Part shown: one piece after another, positions 56,144 to 64,000 of the stretch
Position numbering within the stretch: the first letter of the stretch is position 1
Layout of the letters: every line of letters starts with the position of its first letter
Assembly: GCA_041651535.1 (NCBI GenBank)
Contig: JBAZIZ010000003.1
Location: 83,357 to 147,356 of the forward strand
Source: Patescibacteria group bacterium
GTDB lineage: Bacteria; Patescibacteriota; Patescibacteriia; Magasanikbacterales; UBA922
Length of the DNA stretch: 64,000 nt
Reading direction: 5' to 3'
Translations under genes and position numbers: made by a program
The notes under the pieces: model-generated
What the model was told of the DNA's origin: nothing
The model's database searches: none
What the model saw: only the letters and a program-made list of their open reading frames with translations

Positions 56144-57580
56144 ATGAAAAATATCCCCCTAGCATTAACTTATGATGATGTATTAATTGTACCTCGTCGT
56201 TCAAGTTTAAAATCTAGAAGTGAGGCTGATACTAAAACAAAATTAACAAAAAAAATTATTTTAAATTCTCCTCTAGTTTCTTCAAACATGGATACAGTCA
56301 CTGAATCAGAAATGGCAATTGCCATGGCTCGTATGGGCGGAATTGGAATTTTGCATCGTTTTATGACTATTGAACAAAACGTTGAAGAAATAAAAAAAGT
56401 TAAAAGAGCCCAAAATTTTATTATTGAAAATCCTTATACTATAAATGAAAATTCTACAATAGATGAAGCAAAAGAATTTACTGAGCAAATACATATTACA
56501 GGATTGATAGTAGTTGATGAAGAAAATCATTTAAAAGGAATTTTATCTCGCCGTGATTTTTTGTTTGCTAATGGCAATAATCATATTGTAAAAGAAATCA
56601 TGACTCCACGCGAAAAATTAATAGTTGGTAATATCAACACTTCTTTTATTGAGGCTAAAGATATTTTTGCTAAATATAAAATAGAAAAATTACCAATTGT
56701 AGATAATGAAGATAAAGTTATTGGTCTTATTACCAGCGATGATTTAAAATATAAAATTGAATATCCAAATGCTAGTGTTGATAAAAATGGTAGACTTTTG
56801 GTTGGTGCTTCAGTTGGAGTTCATGGAGATTATTTAGAAAGAGCCGAGGAACTTGTAAAAGCAGGAGCTGATGTTATTGTGATTGATATTGCCCACGGAC
56901 ATAGCGACATTATGTTTGAAGCTATAAAAAATTTAAGAGAAAAATTAGGTAATGAAGTTCAGTTGATTGCTGGTAATATCGCAACAGCTAACGCAGCTAA
57001 AGAAATGTGTGAAGCTGGAATTGATGGATTAAAAGTTGGTATTGGACCAGGTTCAATTTGTATTACTAGATTAGTCACTGGTTGTGGTGTTCCACAATTA
57101 ACAGCTATTATGGAAACAAGTAAAATCGCTAAAGAATACGGCGTACCTATAATTGCTGATGGTGGAATTCATCGTTCTGGAGATTTGGTAAAAGCTATTG
57201 GTGCTGGGGCTGATACAATTATGCTGGGCAGTATGTTTTCTGGAACTTTAGAAAGTCCAGGAGTTATAATGACTAAAGGAGATAAAAAATTTAAAATATG
57301 TCGTGGCAGTGCCAGTTTTACAGTTGCTAATGATCGAAAAAAAATAAAACAAGAAAAGAAAAAAAATAGTGATATTGTGCCAGAAGGTGTAGAATCTATT
57401 GTACCTTTTAAAGGTAGCGTGATTGATATCATAAACCAAATGATTGGTGGTTTGAAATCAGGAATGAGCTATACTAATTCTCACACGATAGAAGAATTAA
57501 AAGAAAATGTTGATTTTATTAGAATCACTAATGCTGGAATGACTGAAAGCGGTTCTCATGATGTACAAGCAATTACATAA
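56144..57580 (+). CDS. guaB: IMP dehydrogenase
   Basis: 478 aa. [10 protein letters not shown], tandem CBS domains, and a catalytic-Cys loop [11 protein letters not shown]. Confidence 0.9.
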   Translation: MKNIPLALTYDDVLIVPRRSSLKSRSEADTKTKLTKKIILNSPLVSSNMDTVTESEMAIAMARMGGIGILHRFMTIEQNVEEIKKVKRAQNFIIENPYTINENSTIDEAKEFTEQIHITGLIVVDEENHLKGILSRRDFLFANGNNHIVKEIMTPREKLIVGNINTSFIEAKDIFAKYKIEKLPIVDNEDKVIGLITSDDLKYKIEYPNASVDKNGRLLVGASVGVHGDYLERAEELVKAGADVIVIDIAHGHSDIMFEAIKNLREKLGNEVQLIAGNIATANAAKEMCEAGIDGLKVGIGPGSICITRLVTGCGVPQLTAIMETSKIAKEYGVPIIADGGIHRSGDLVKAIGAGADTIMLGSMFSGTLESPGVIMTKGDKKFKICRGSASFTVANDRKKIKQEKKKNSDIVPEGVESIVPFKGSVIDIINQMIGGLKSGMSYTNSHTIEELKENVDFIRITNAGMTESGSHDVQAIT

Positions 57581-57597
57581 TTTTAATAAGCTCATAA

Positions 57598-57631
57598 AAA
57601 ACCTTGTTTAATGTTTTAGACAAGGTTTTTT
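57598..57631 (+). terminator. Rho-independent terminator after guaB (copy 2 of duplicated terminator module)
   Basis: AACCTTGTTTA-ATGTTT-TAGACAAGGTT + TTTTTAT. Shares ~50 nt of similarity with 43561..43612. Confidence 0.6.
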
Positions 57632-57729
57632 ATTTAAAACTTTTTTAAAACATGACTTTCGATATTTGATTTTCGACATTTGACTATTTTTTGTGATATA
57701 ATAATCCTATAATTACTAAATAATTGTTT

Positions 57730-58749
57730 ATGCCAAAAAAATATACAATGTCTTTTTATGGAATAATGCCCGATATGAAAACATATTTAAGACAAAAAAT
57801 GAAAAAAAATAATTTAAATATTTTTATTGATCCAATCGAAGAAAAAAGTTTAGAAAAAATTGATAAAAATACTGAGATTTTAGGTGTTTTTGTAGATTCA
57901 AAAGTTGATAAAAAAGTTTTTGAAAAATTACCAAAATTAAAAATGATTACAACTTTTTCAACAGGTTTTGACCATATTGATTTAAAAGAAGCAAAAAAAA
58001 GAAAAATTACTGTTTGTAATGTTCCGACCTATGGAGAAAATACAGTTGCCCAACACGCTCTTGCTCTTATTTTAGCTTTATCTAGAAAATTATTTCAATC
58101 TTTAAAAAGAGTAAAAGAAGGTGTCTATGATTATCATGGTCTTTGTGGTTTTGATTTAAAAGATAAAACAATTGGAATTGTTGGCACTGGACATATTGGC
58201 ATTCATTTAATTCGTATGCTTCAAGGTTTTGACGCAAATATTATAGCTTTTGATGTTTTTCCAAACAAAGAATTGGAAAAAAAATACAATTTTAAATATG
58301 TAAGCAAAAATAAATTATTTCAAGAATCTGATATTATTTCTCTTCATTTACCTCTTTTCCCTGAAACGCACCATATAGTTGATAAAAAAGCGGTAAAAAT
58401 GATGAAAACTGGAGTCTATATTATAAATACAGCTCGAGGTGGACTTATTGATTCTGAAGCCATTGTTGCTGGTCTTGATAGCAAAAAAATTGCTGGCTTT
58501 GCAGCTGATGTTCTTGAAGACGAAGGACTTATTGAAAATCCTGAACTTTTAATTTCAAACAAAAGAACTATACGAGAAATAAAAGTTAGTTTAATGAATA
58601 ATGTTTTAATTGATCATCCAAAAACTATTATAACTCCACATAATGCTTTTAATAGTATTGAAGCATTAAAAAGAATTTTTGATACAAGTATAGAAAATAT
58701 AAATAGTTTTCTGGAAGAAAAAATTATTAATGAAGTGAAAAGTAAATAA
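57730..58749 (+). CDS. D-isomer-specific 2-hydroxyacid dehydrogenase (D-lactate/glycerate dehydrogenase-like)
   Basis: NAD-binding GIVGTGHIGIHLIRML and the catalytic R/E/H arrangement (TARGGLID, ITPHNAF). The track ORF begins at a TTG at 57724. ATG 57730 is preferred, and 57748 is also possible. Confidence 0.8.
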   Translation: MPKKYTMSFYGIMPDMKTYLRQKMKKNNLNIFIDPIEEKSLEKIDKNTEILGVFVDSKVDKKVFEKLPKLKMITTFSTGFDHIDLKEAKKRKITVCNVPTYGENTVAQHALALILALSRKLFQSLKRVKEGVYDYHGLCGFDLKDKTIGIVGTGHIGIHLIRMLQGFDANIIAFDVFPNKELEKKYNFKYVSKNKLFQESDIISLHLPLFPETHHIVDKKAVKMMKTGVYIINTARGGLIDSEAIVAGLDSKKIAGFAADVLEDEGLIENPELLISNKRTIREIKVSLMNNVLIDHPKTIITPHNAFNSIEALKRIFDTSIENINSFLEEKIINEVKSK

Positions 58750-58825
58750 AAAAATAAAATCAATATTAAAAAAGACTCTCAATTAGAAAGTCTTTTTTTA
58801 TTTTTGTAAATCAGTAAAAAAATAT

Positions 58826-60811
58826 TTACTTCAAAAGTCCAATAATAAGTAAAGCAACAATGTTTGCAACTTTAATCATTGGATTAATTGCAGGTCCTGC
58901 TGTGTCTTTATAAGGATCACCAACAGTATCTCCTGTTACAGCTGCTTGATGAGCAAAACTTCCTTTTCCACCATAATTTCCATTTTCAATATATTTTTTT
59001 GCGTTATCCCAAGCTCCACCACCAGTAGTCATAGAAACTGCCACAAACAAACCAGTTACGATTGTACCAACTAAAAGACCGCCGAGCGCAGCTGGACCAA
59101 AAAATACACCAACTAAAATAGGAATAAGAACTGGAATAAGTGCAGGCAAAATCATTTGTCCGATTGCTCCTTTTGTTACAATATCTACACATTTAGCATA
59201 ATCAGGTTTTGCTTGTCCTTCCATAATTCCATGAATTTCTCTAAATTGTCTGCGAACTTCTTCAACAACTTTTCCAGCAACTTTTCCTACAGATTCCATT
59301 AAAAGAGAACCAAACAAATAAGGTAAAAGTCCACCGATAAATAAACCAGCTAAAACTTTTGGATCATCAATTCTAAAAATAGTATCAATTCCATTATCAG
59401 CTAATTTATGAGTATAATCTCCAAATAAAACTAAAGCAGCAAGAGCAGCACTGGCAATCGCGTAACCTTTTGTTACAGCTTTTGTAGTATTTCCAACTGC
59501 ATCTAAAGCATCGGTAGTTTTTCTTACATCTTCTCCGAGTTCGCTCATTTCAGCGATTCCACCCGCATTGTCAGTAATTGGACCATAAGCATCAATAGTC
59601 ACCACAATTCCAGTCAAAGAAAGCATGGCCATAGCTGCAATCGCAATTCCATAAAGACCAGCCATATTATATGAAATCAAAATTCCAATCACAATCGCCA
59701 AAACAGGCAAAGCTGTAGATTTCATTGAAACTGCTAAACCAGTAATTACATTTGTACCATGTCCTGTTTCACTAGCTTTGGCAATTTGTTTTACTGGTTT
59801 ATGTTTAGTAGAAGTATAATATTCAGTTATCCAAAACATAAGTCCAGTAAGAGCAATTCCTACAAAAGCTGGCCAAAACAATTCTGATCTAGTTAAACCT
59901 AATTGTGGGGCATAAGTTTTTATTGCAAAATAAAAACCAATAAGAGATAAAATTGCTGAGACAAATAAACCTTTATACAAAGCTCCCATGATTCTGTTTT
60001 TCTTTCCTAATTTAATAAAGAAAGTTCCGATGATAGAAGCAATGATTGAAATTCCACCAATAACTAGTGGAAGCATTATTCCAGCATCAGTATTTTTGAA
60101 TGTTAAAAATCCTAAAACTATAGCAGCAACAGCTGTCACAGCATAAGTTTCAAATAAATCAGCTGCCATACCAGCACAATCACCGACATTGTCACCAACA
60201 TTATCCGCAATTACAGCTGGATTTCTTGGATCATCTTCTGGAATATTTTTTTCAACTTTACCAACCAAATCAGCACCAACATCAGCAGCTTTAGTAAAAA
60301 TACCACCGCCGATACGAGCAAAAATTGAAATCAAACTTCCTCCAAAAGCTAAACCTATCAAAGCATGAACATCTTTGGTAATTAAATAAAATGAAGTAAC
60401 ACCCAAAAGTCCTAAACCAACAACTAATAAACCAGTCACAGTTCCTCCTTTTACAGCAACTTCCAAAGCTTGTTTCATACCTTTTTTAGCTGCTTCGGTT
60501 GTTTTTACATTAGCTTTGACAGAGATATTCATACCTACAAAACCAGCAATACCCGAAAATACTGCTCCAAGTAAAAAACCTAAAGCTGTAGTCCAATCAA
60601 TAAAAAAACCCAATAAAACAAATACTAAAACTGCCACATAAGAAATAGTCTTATATTGACGAGCTAAGTAAGCTTTTGAACCTTCTTGAATAGCACGTGC
60701 AATGTTTTGCATACGTTCGTCTCCAGAAGGTTGTTTTCCGATCCAATAGATCAAGAAAATACCATAAGCAATTGCTAAAATTGCTGGTAAAATAAGAAGA
60801 AATGATGACAT
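58826..60811 (-). CDS. hppA: Membrane-bound H+/Na+-translocating pyrophosphatase
   Basis: 661 aa, 15-16 TM. Signature [18 protein letters not shown] and DNAGGIAEM. Confidence 0.9.
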   Translation of the reverse strand: MSSFLLILPAILAIAYGIFLIYWIGKQPSGDERMQNIARAIQEGSKAYLARQYKTISYVAVLVFVLLGFFIDWTTALGFLLGAVFSGIAGFVGMNISVKANVKTTEAAKKGMKQALEVAVKGGTVTGLLVVGLGLLGVTSFYLITKDVHALIGLAFGGSLISIFARIGGGIFTKAADVGADLVGKVEKNIPEDDPRNPAVIADNVGDNVGDCAGMAADLFETYAVTAVAAIVLGFLTFKNTDAGIMLPLVIGGISIIASIIGTFFIKLGKKNRIMGALYKGLFVSAILSLIGFYFAIKTYAPQLGLTRSELFWPAFVGIALTGLMFWITEYYTSTKHKPVKQIAKASETGHGTNVITGLAVSMKSTALPVLAIVIGILISYNMAGLYGIAIAAMAMLSLTGIVVTIDAYGPITDNAGGIAEMSELGEDVRKTTDALDAVGNTTKAVTKGYAIASAALAALVLFGDYTHKLADNGIDTIFRIDDPKVLAGLFIGGLLPYLFGSLLMESVGKVAGKVVEEVRRQFREIHGIMEGQAKPDYAKCVDIVTKGAIGQMILPALIPVLIPILVGVFFGPAALGGLLVGTIVTGLFVAVSMTTGGGAWDNAKKYIENGNYGGKGSFAHQAAVTGDTVGDPYKDTAGPAINPMIKVANIVALLIIGLLK

Positions 60812-60867
60812 ACTTCTAAAAAAATTAAATTAATAAATTTATCCACTTTAAGCGGAAACTTAGGTAT

Positions 60868-60896
60868 ATTATATAAAAATTAAAGTTAAATGTCAA
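60868..60896 (-). promoter_or_regulatory. Perfect consensus sigma70 promoter (TTGACA, 17 nt, TATAAT) for hppA
   Basis: Minus strand: TTGACA at 60896..60891, a 17-nt spacer, TATAAT at 60873..60868. The conserved AT-rich upstream motif lies immediately 5' of the -35. Confidence 0.55.
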
Positions 60897-61006
60897 AAGC
60901 CTAATTTTAGATTTAAGATTATAGATTTTAGAATTATTTTCTATAAAAAAATAATTCGTCAGTTGGCGGACATAATTCATAAATCAAAAATCTTAAATTA
61001 TTTTAC

Positions 61007-61035
61007 TTGATTGTAGACTTTTTTTCCTGTAAAAT
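61007..61035 (+). promoter_or_regulatory. Sigma70 promoter (TTGATT, 17 nt, TAAAAT), divergent from the hppA promoter
   Basis: TTGATT at 61007..61012, a 17-nt spacer, TAAAAT at 61030..61035. The upstream motif CATAAATCAAAAATCTTAAATTA abuts the -35. Confidence 0.5.
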
Positions 61036-61061
61036 ACAAATATAATATACAATATTACTAT

Positions 61062-61613
61062 ATGAAACCTGCTTTAATTATAATTGATTTACAAGAAGAT
61101 TTTTTTAAGGATAAATTTTTGGCTAAAAAAAGAAAAAAAATATCCAACTCTGTAAATAAATTAGTTAAAATTGTTCGCTCTAAAAAAATACCCATAATCT
61201 GGGTTAAACAAGAATATGAGAACGATCTTTCTGACGCACCACTTTATAATAGAAAAAATAAAAAAAAGATAACCATAAAAAATACTAAAGGTTGCCAATT
61301 TTTGTCTGAGCTTGATTATAATGAAAAAGATTTTTTAATTATCAAAAAAAGATTTAGTGCTTTTTTTAAAACTGATTTAGAAAAATTACTTAAAAAAATA
61401 AAGATCGATACCCTTATTATAGCTGGAATAAATACTATGTCTTGCGTAAGAACCACGGCAATAGATGCTTATCAAAGAGATTATGACGTTATTCTTGATT
61501 TAGATGCCACGACTGCTTATGACACAAAACAACATAAAAATTCAATTGAATATTTAAAACACGCAGTTGCTAAAATAATGGACACTAAAGAAATAATAAG
61601 TTTATTAAAATAA
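61062..61613 (+). CDS. Isochorismatase-family cysteine hydrolase (PncA/YcaC-like)
   Basis: 183 aa. PALIIIDLQEDF (catalytic Asp), K residue, and Cys in LIIAGINTMSCVRTTAIDA. Confidence 0.7.
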   Translation: MKPALIIIDLQEDFFKDKFLAKKRKKISNSVNKLVKIVRSKKIPIIWVKQEYENDLSDAPLYNRKNKKKITIKNTKGCQFLSELDYNEKDFLIIKKRFSAFFKTDLEKLLKKIKIDTLIIAGINTMSCVRTTAIDAYQRDYDVILDLDATTAYDTKQHKNSIEYLKHAVAKIMDTKEIISLLK

Positions 61614-61614
61614 A

Positions 61615-64000
61615 ATGAAATCCAACACCAAACAAAAATTCATAATAATCGATGGAAATGCTATTATTCATCGTGCTTATCATGCTTTGCCACCACTTAC
61701 CACAAAAGATGGCACGATGGTTAACGCAGTTTATGGTTTTACTTCCATGCTTTTAAAAGTAATTACTGACTTAAAACCAGATTATTTAGCTGTTAGTTTT
61801 GATGTTGGTGGCGGAACTTTTCGGGATAAAATGTATGAAGAATACAAAGCTAATCGTGTAAAAGCTGATGAGGAACTTTATACTCAAATACCTTTAGTTT
61901 ACGAGATTGTTAAAGCTTTTGATATCCCAATTTATACTAAAGAAGGTTTTGAAGCTGATGATGTGATTGCTACTGTGATAGACAAAAATGAAAAAAAATC
62001 TGAAAATATAAAAAATATAATAGTCAGTGGTGACAAAGATTTACTGCAACTTGTTAGTGAAAAAACCAATGTTTATTTATTAAAAAAAGGTTTATCAGAA
62101 TATATTTTGTGCGATATTGAAGAAGTAAAAAATTTATTTGGTTTTGAACCACAAAATATGATTGACTACAAAGCACTTCGTGGTGATCCGAGTGATAATA
62201 TACCAGGAATAAAAGGCATTGGAGACAAAACTGCAAAAGATTTAATTACCAAAATTGGTAAAATAAATAACATTTTGGAACAAAGTACTGATGAAAAATC
62301 AGACTTACAAAAAAAATTTTCCAAATCAGTTGTACAAAAAATAAAAGATGGTCAAGAATCAGCAAAATTAAGTGCCAAATTAGCAACAGTAAAAAAAGAT
62401 GTACCGGATATCAATTTAAAATTAGCTGATTGTCAAATTAAAACTATTGATCTTGAAAAAATAACTGATCTTTTAAAAAAATTTGAATTTTTTTCTTTGA
62501 TAAAAAGATTACCAGGTTATACAGAAGTTGAAAAAAAAGAAAATAAAAAAAGTAAAAAAATGGAAATTATAACTGAAAACGATTTTGAAAATTTTTTAAA
62601 AAAAATTGCTAAAGAAAAATCTTTTGTTTGTAAAGAAATTTTAAATGGCACTGATTCAAATTTTTCAGAGCTTGAATCTCTTCTTTTTGTAATTGGCGAA
62701 CAAAGTTGGCTCATCAAAAATCCAACAGATAAAATTTTCCAAATTTTTTCTGAACCACAAAAAACATTAATTGGTCATGATCTAAAAACTCTAATTAAAC
62801 CTTTAATTAAAAAAGGTATTGTAATAAAAAATTCTCTTTTTGATACAATGATCGCTTCTTATATTTTAAATTCTAGTACTAAAGCGCATGATATAAAATC
62901 TATTGCTTGGCGAGAATTTAATTCTGAACTTAAAGAAAATAATAATCAAAGTAGTTTGTTTGGAGTTGAACCAGAATATTTAAAAGAAGAGATGGAAATT
63001 GCTTGGCAAATCTATCCGATTTATAAAAAAAAATTAGAAGAAATGGAAAATTTTGGTTTATTTGAAAAAATAGAAATGAATTTAATTCCAGTTTTAGCCG
63101 ACATGGAATTAAACGGAGTAAAAATTGATATAGATTTTCTTAAAAAACTTTCTGAAGAAACTGCCCAAAAAATAAGAGAGCTAACAAAAAAAATTTGGCA
63201 GGAAGCTGGAGAAGAATTTAACATTGCTTCATCAGTTCAACTTAGAGATATTTTATTTGAAAAAATGGATTTACCAACTTATGGAATAAAAAAAGGTAAA
63301 ACTGGTTACTCCACAGCTGCTAGTGAATTAGAAAAATTACAAAAAGTTCATCCGATTATAAACATGATTGAAAATTATCGTGAATTAGACAAATTACGCA
63401 ATACTTATATTGATGTTTTGCCAACTTTAATCAATAAAAAAAGTGGACGTATCCACACAACTTTTAATCAAGCTGTGACAACCACTGGGCGACTTTCTAG
63501 CTCTGATCCAAATATACAAAATATACCAATTCGTAGTGAAGAAGGAAAAAAAATTAGAGAAAGTTTTATTTCTGAAAAAGGTCACAAATTAATTGTAGCT
63601 GATTATTCACAAATTGAACTCCGCATTGTCGCTTCTTTGGCTGAAGATAAAAAAATGTTAGAAATTTTTGATAATGACCAAGATATTCATAAAGCTACTG
63701 CGGCAAAAATTCATAAAATAAAGATGGAAGAAGTCACAAAAGAAATGCGTAGTGCAGCTAAAGCTATTAACTTTGGTGTACTTTATGGAATGGGTTCTTA
63801 TGGCTTAGCTCAACGCACCGGACTTGCAAATTATGAAGCCCAAAATTTTATTGATAAATACTTTACAGCTTTTTCTGATGTTAAAAAATATTTAGATAAT
63901 ACTTTAGCTGAAGCGAAAAAAAATGGTTTTGTTGAAACACTTTTTGGCCGTCGCCGTTATATTCCAGAATTAAAATCAAAAAATAAACAAATAAAAAATT
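61615..64000 (+). CDS. polA: DNA polymerase I (5' complete, 3' end beyond window)
   Basis: ATG at 61615. The 5'-3' exonuclease domain (FIIIDGNAIIHRAYHALPPL, GDPSDNIPG), a 3'-5' exo-like region, and pol motifs (DYSQIELRI, AKAINFGVLYGM) are all read from sequence. Continues without a stop to the window end. Confidence 0.9.
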   Translation, partial: MKSNTKQKFIIIDGNAIIHRAYHALPPLTTKDGTMVNAVYGFTSMLLKVITDLKPDYLAVSFDVGGGTFRDKMYEEYKANRVKADEELYTQIPLVYEIVKAFDIPIYTKEGFEADDVIATVIDKNEKKSENIKNIIVSGDKDLLQLVSEKTNVYLLKKGLSEYILCDIEEVKNLFGFEPQNMIDYKALRGDPSDNIPGIKGIGDKTAKDLITKIGKINNILEQSTDEKSDLQKKFSKSVVQKIKDGQESAKLSAKLATVKKDVPDINLKLADCQIKTIDLEKITDLLKKFEFFSLIKRLPGYTEVEKKENKKSKKMEIITENDFENFLKKIAKEKSFVCKEILNGTDSNFSELESLLFVIGEQSWLIKNPTDKIFQIFSEPQKTLIGHDLKTLIKPLIKKGIVIKNSLFDTMIASYILNSSTKAHDIKSIAWREFNSELKENNNQSSLFGVEPEYLKEEMEIAWQIYPIYKKKLEEMENFGLFEKIEMNLIPVLADMELNGVKIDIDFLKKLSEETAQKIRELTKKIWQEAGEEFNIASSVQLRDILFEKMDLPTYGIKKGKTGYSTAASELEKLQKVHPIINMIENYRELDKLRNTYIDVLPTLINKKSGRIHTTFNQAVTTTGRLSSSDPNIQNIPIRSEEGKKIRESFISEKGHKLIVADYSQIELRIVASLAEDKKMLEIFDNDQDIHKATAAKIHKIKMEEVTKEMRSAAKAINFGVLYGMGSYGLAQRTGLANYEAQNFIDKYFTAFSDVKKYLDNTLAEAKKNGFVETLFGRRRYIPELKSKNKQIKN

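Noticed and set aside
1-64000. CRISPR arrays, rRNA genes, prophage structural genes
   Set aside because: No regularly spaced direct repeats, no rRNA-like conserved blocks, and no capsid, terminase or portal-like ORFs were seen anywhere in the window.

Overview
This window is a very AT-rich, densely packed bacterial chromosomal segment with a small-genome housekeeping profile. It fits an uncultivated, reduced bacterium such as a Candidate Phyla Radiation (Patescibacteria) member, but that placement is inference. Recognisable core genes include aspS, uvrD/pcrA, der, pth, dprA, folC, topA, gmk, rluD, trxB, rpe, tig, rplA, gatCAB, guaB, hppA, ndk and a 5' partial polA. There is a cell-envelope glycan block: GT2 + GT-C pair, two large membrane-anchored proteins, three GT4 enzymes, a priming phosphoglycosyl transferase and an LCP protein. 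An ArsR / thioredoxin-like / ArsP-like operon sits behind a perfect palindromic operator. A complete MboI/DpnII-type GATC restriction-modification cassette (Dam-like MTase, REase, second MTase) lies next to a Xer-type tyrosine recombinase. RNA genes are RNase P RNA, tRNA-Leu(GAG), tRNA-Arg(UCU), a rare tRNA-Ile(UAU), and an unidentified ~175-nt transcript with a consensus promoter and terminator. The most interesting locus is a dCMP deaminase / T4-gp1-like kinase / thymidylate-synthase homolog / DHFR / Tmk cluster. Its ThyA-family enzyme carries the Asn-to-Asp substitution known to switch pyrimidine specificity from dUMP to dCMP. Several unusual non-coding features are also reported: a dispersed promoter-upstream AT-rich motif, two copies of a GC-rich palindrome, and duplicated terminator modules.
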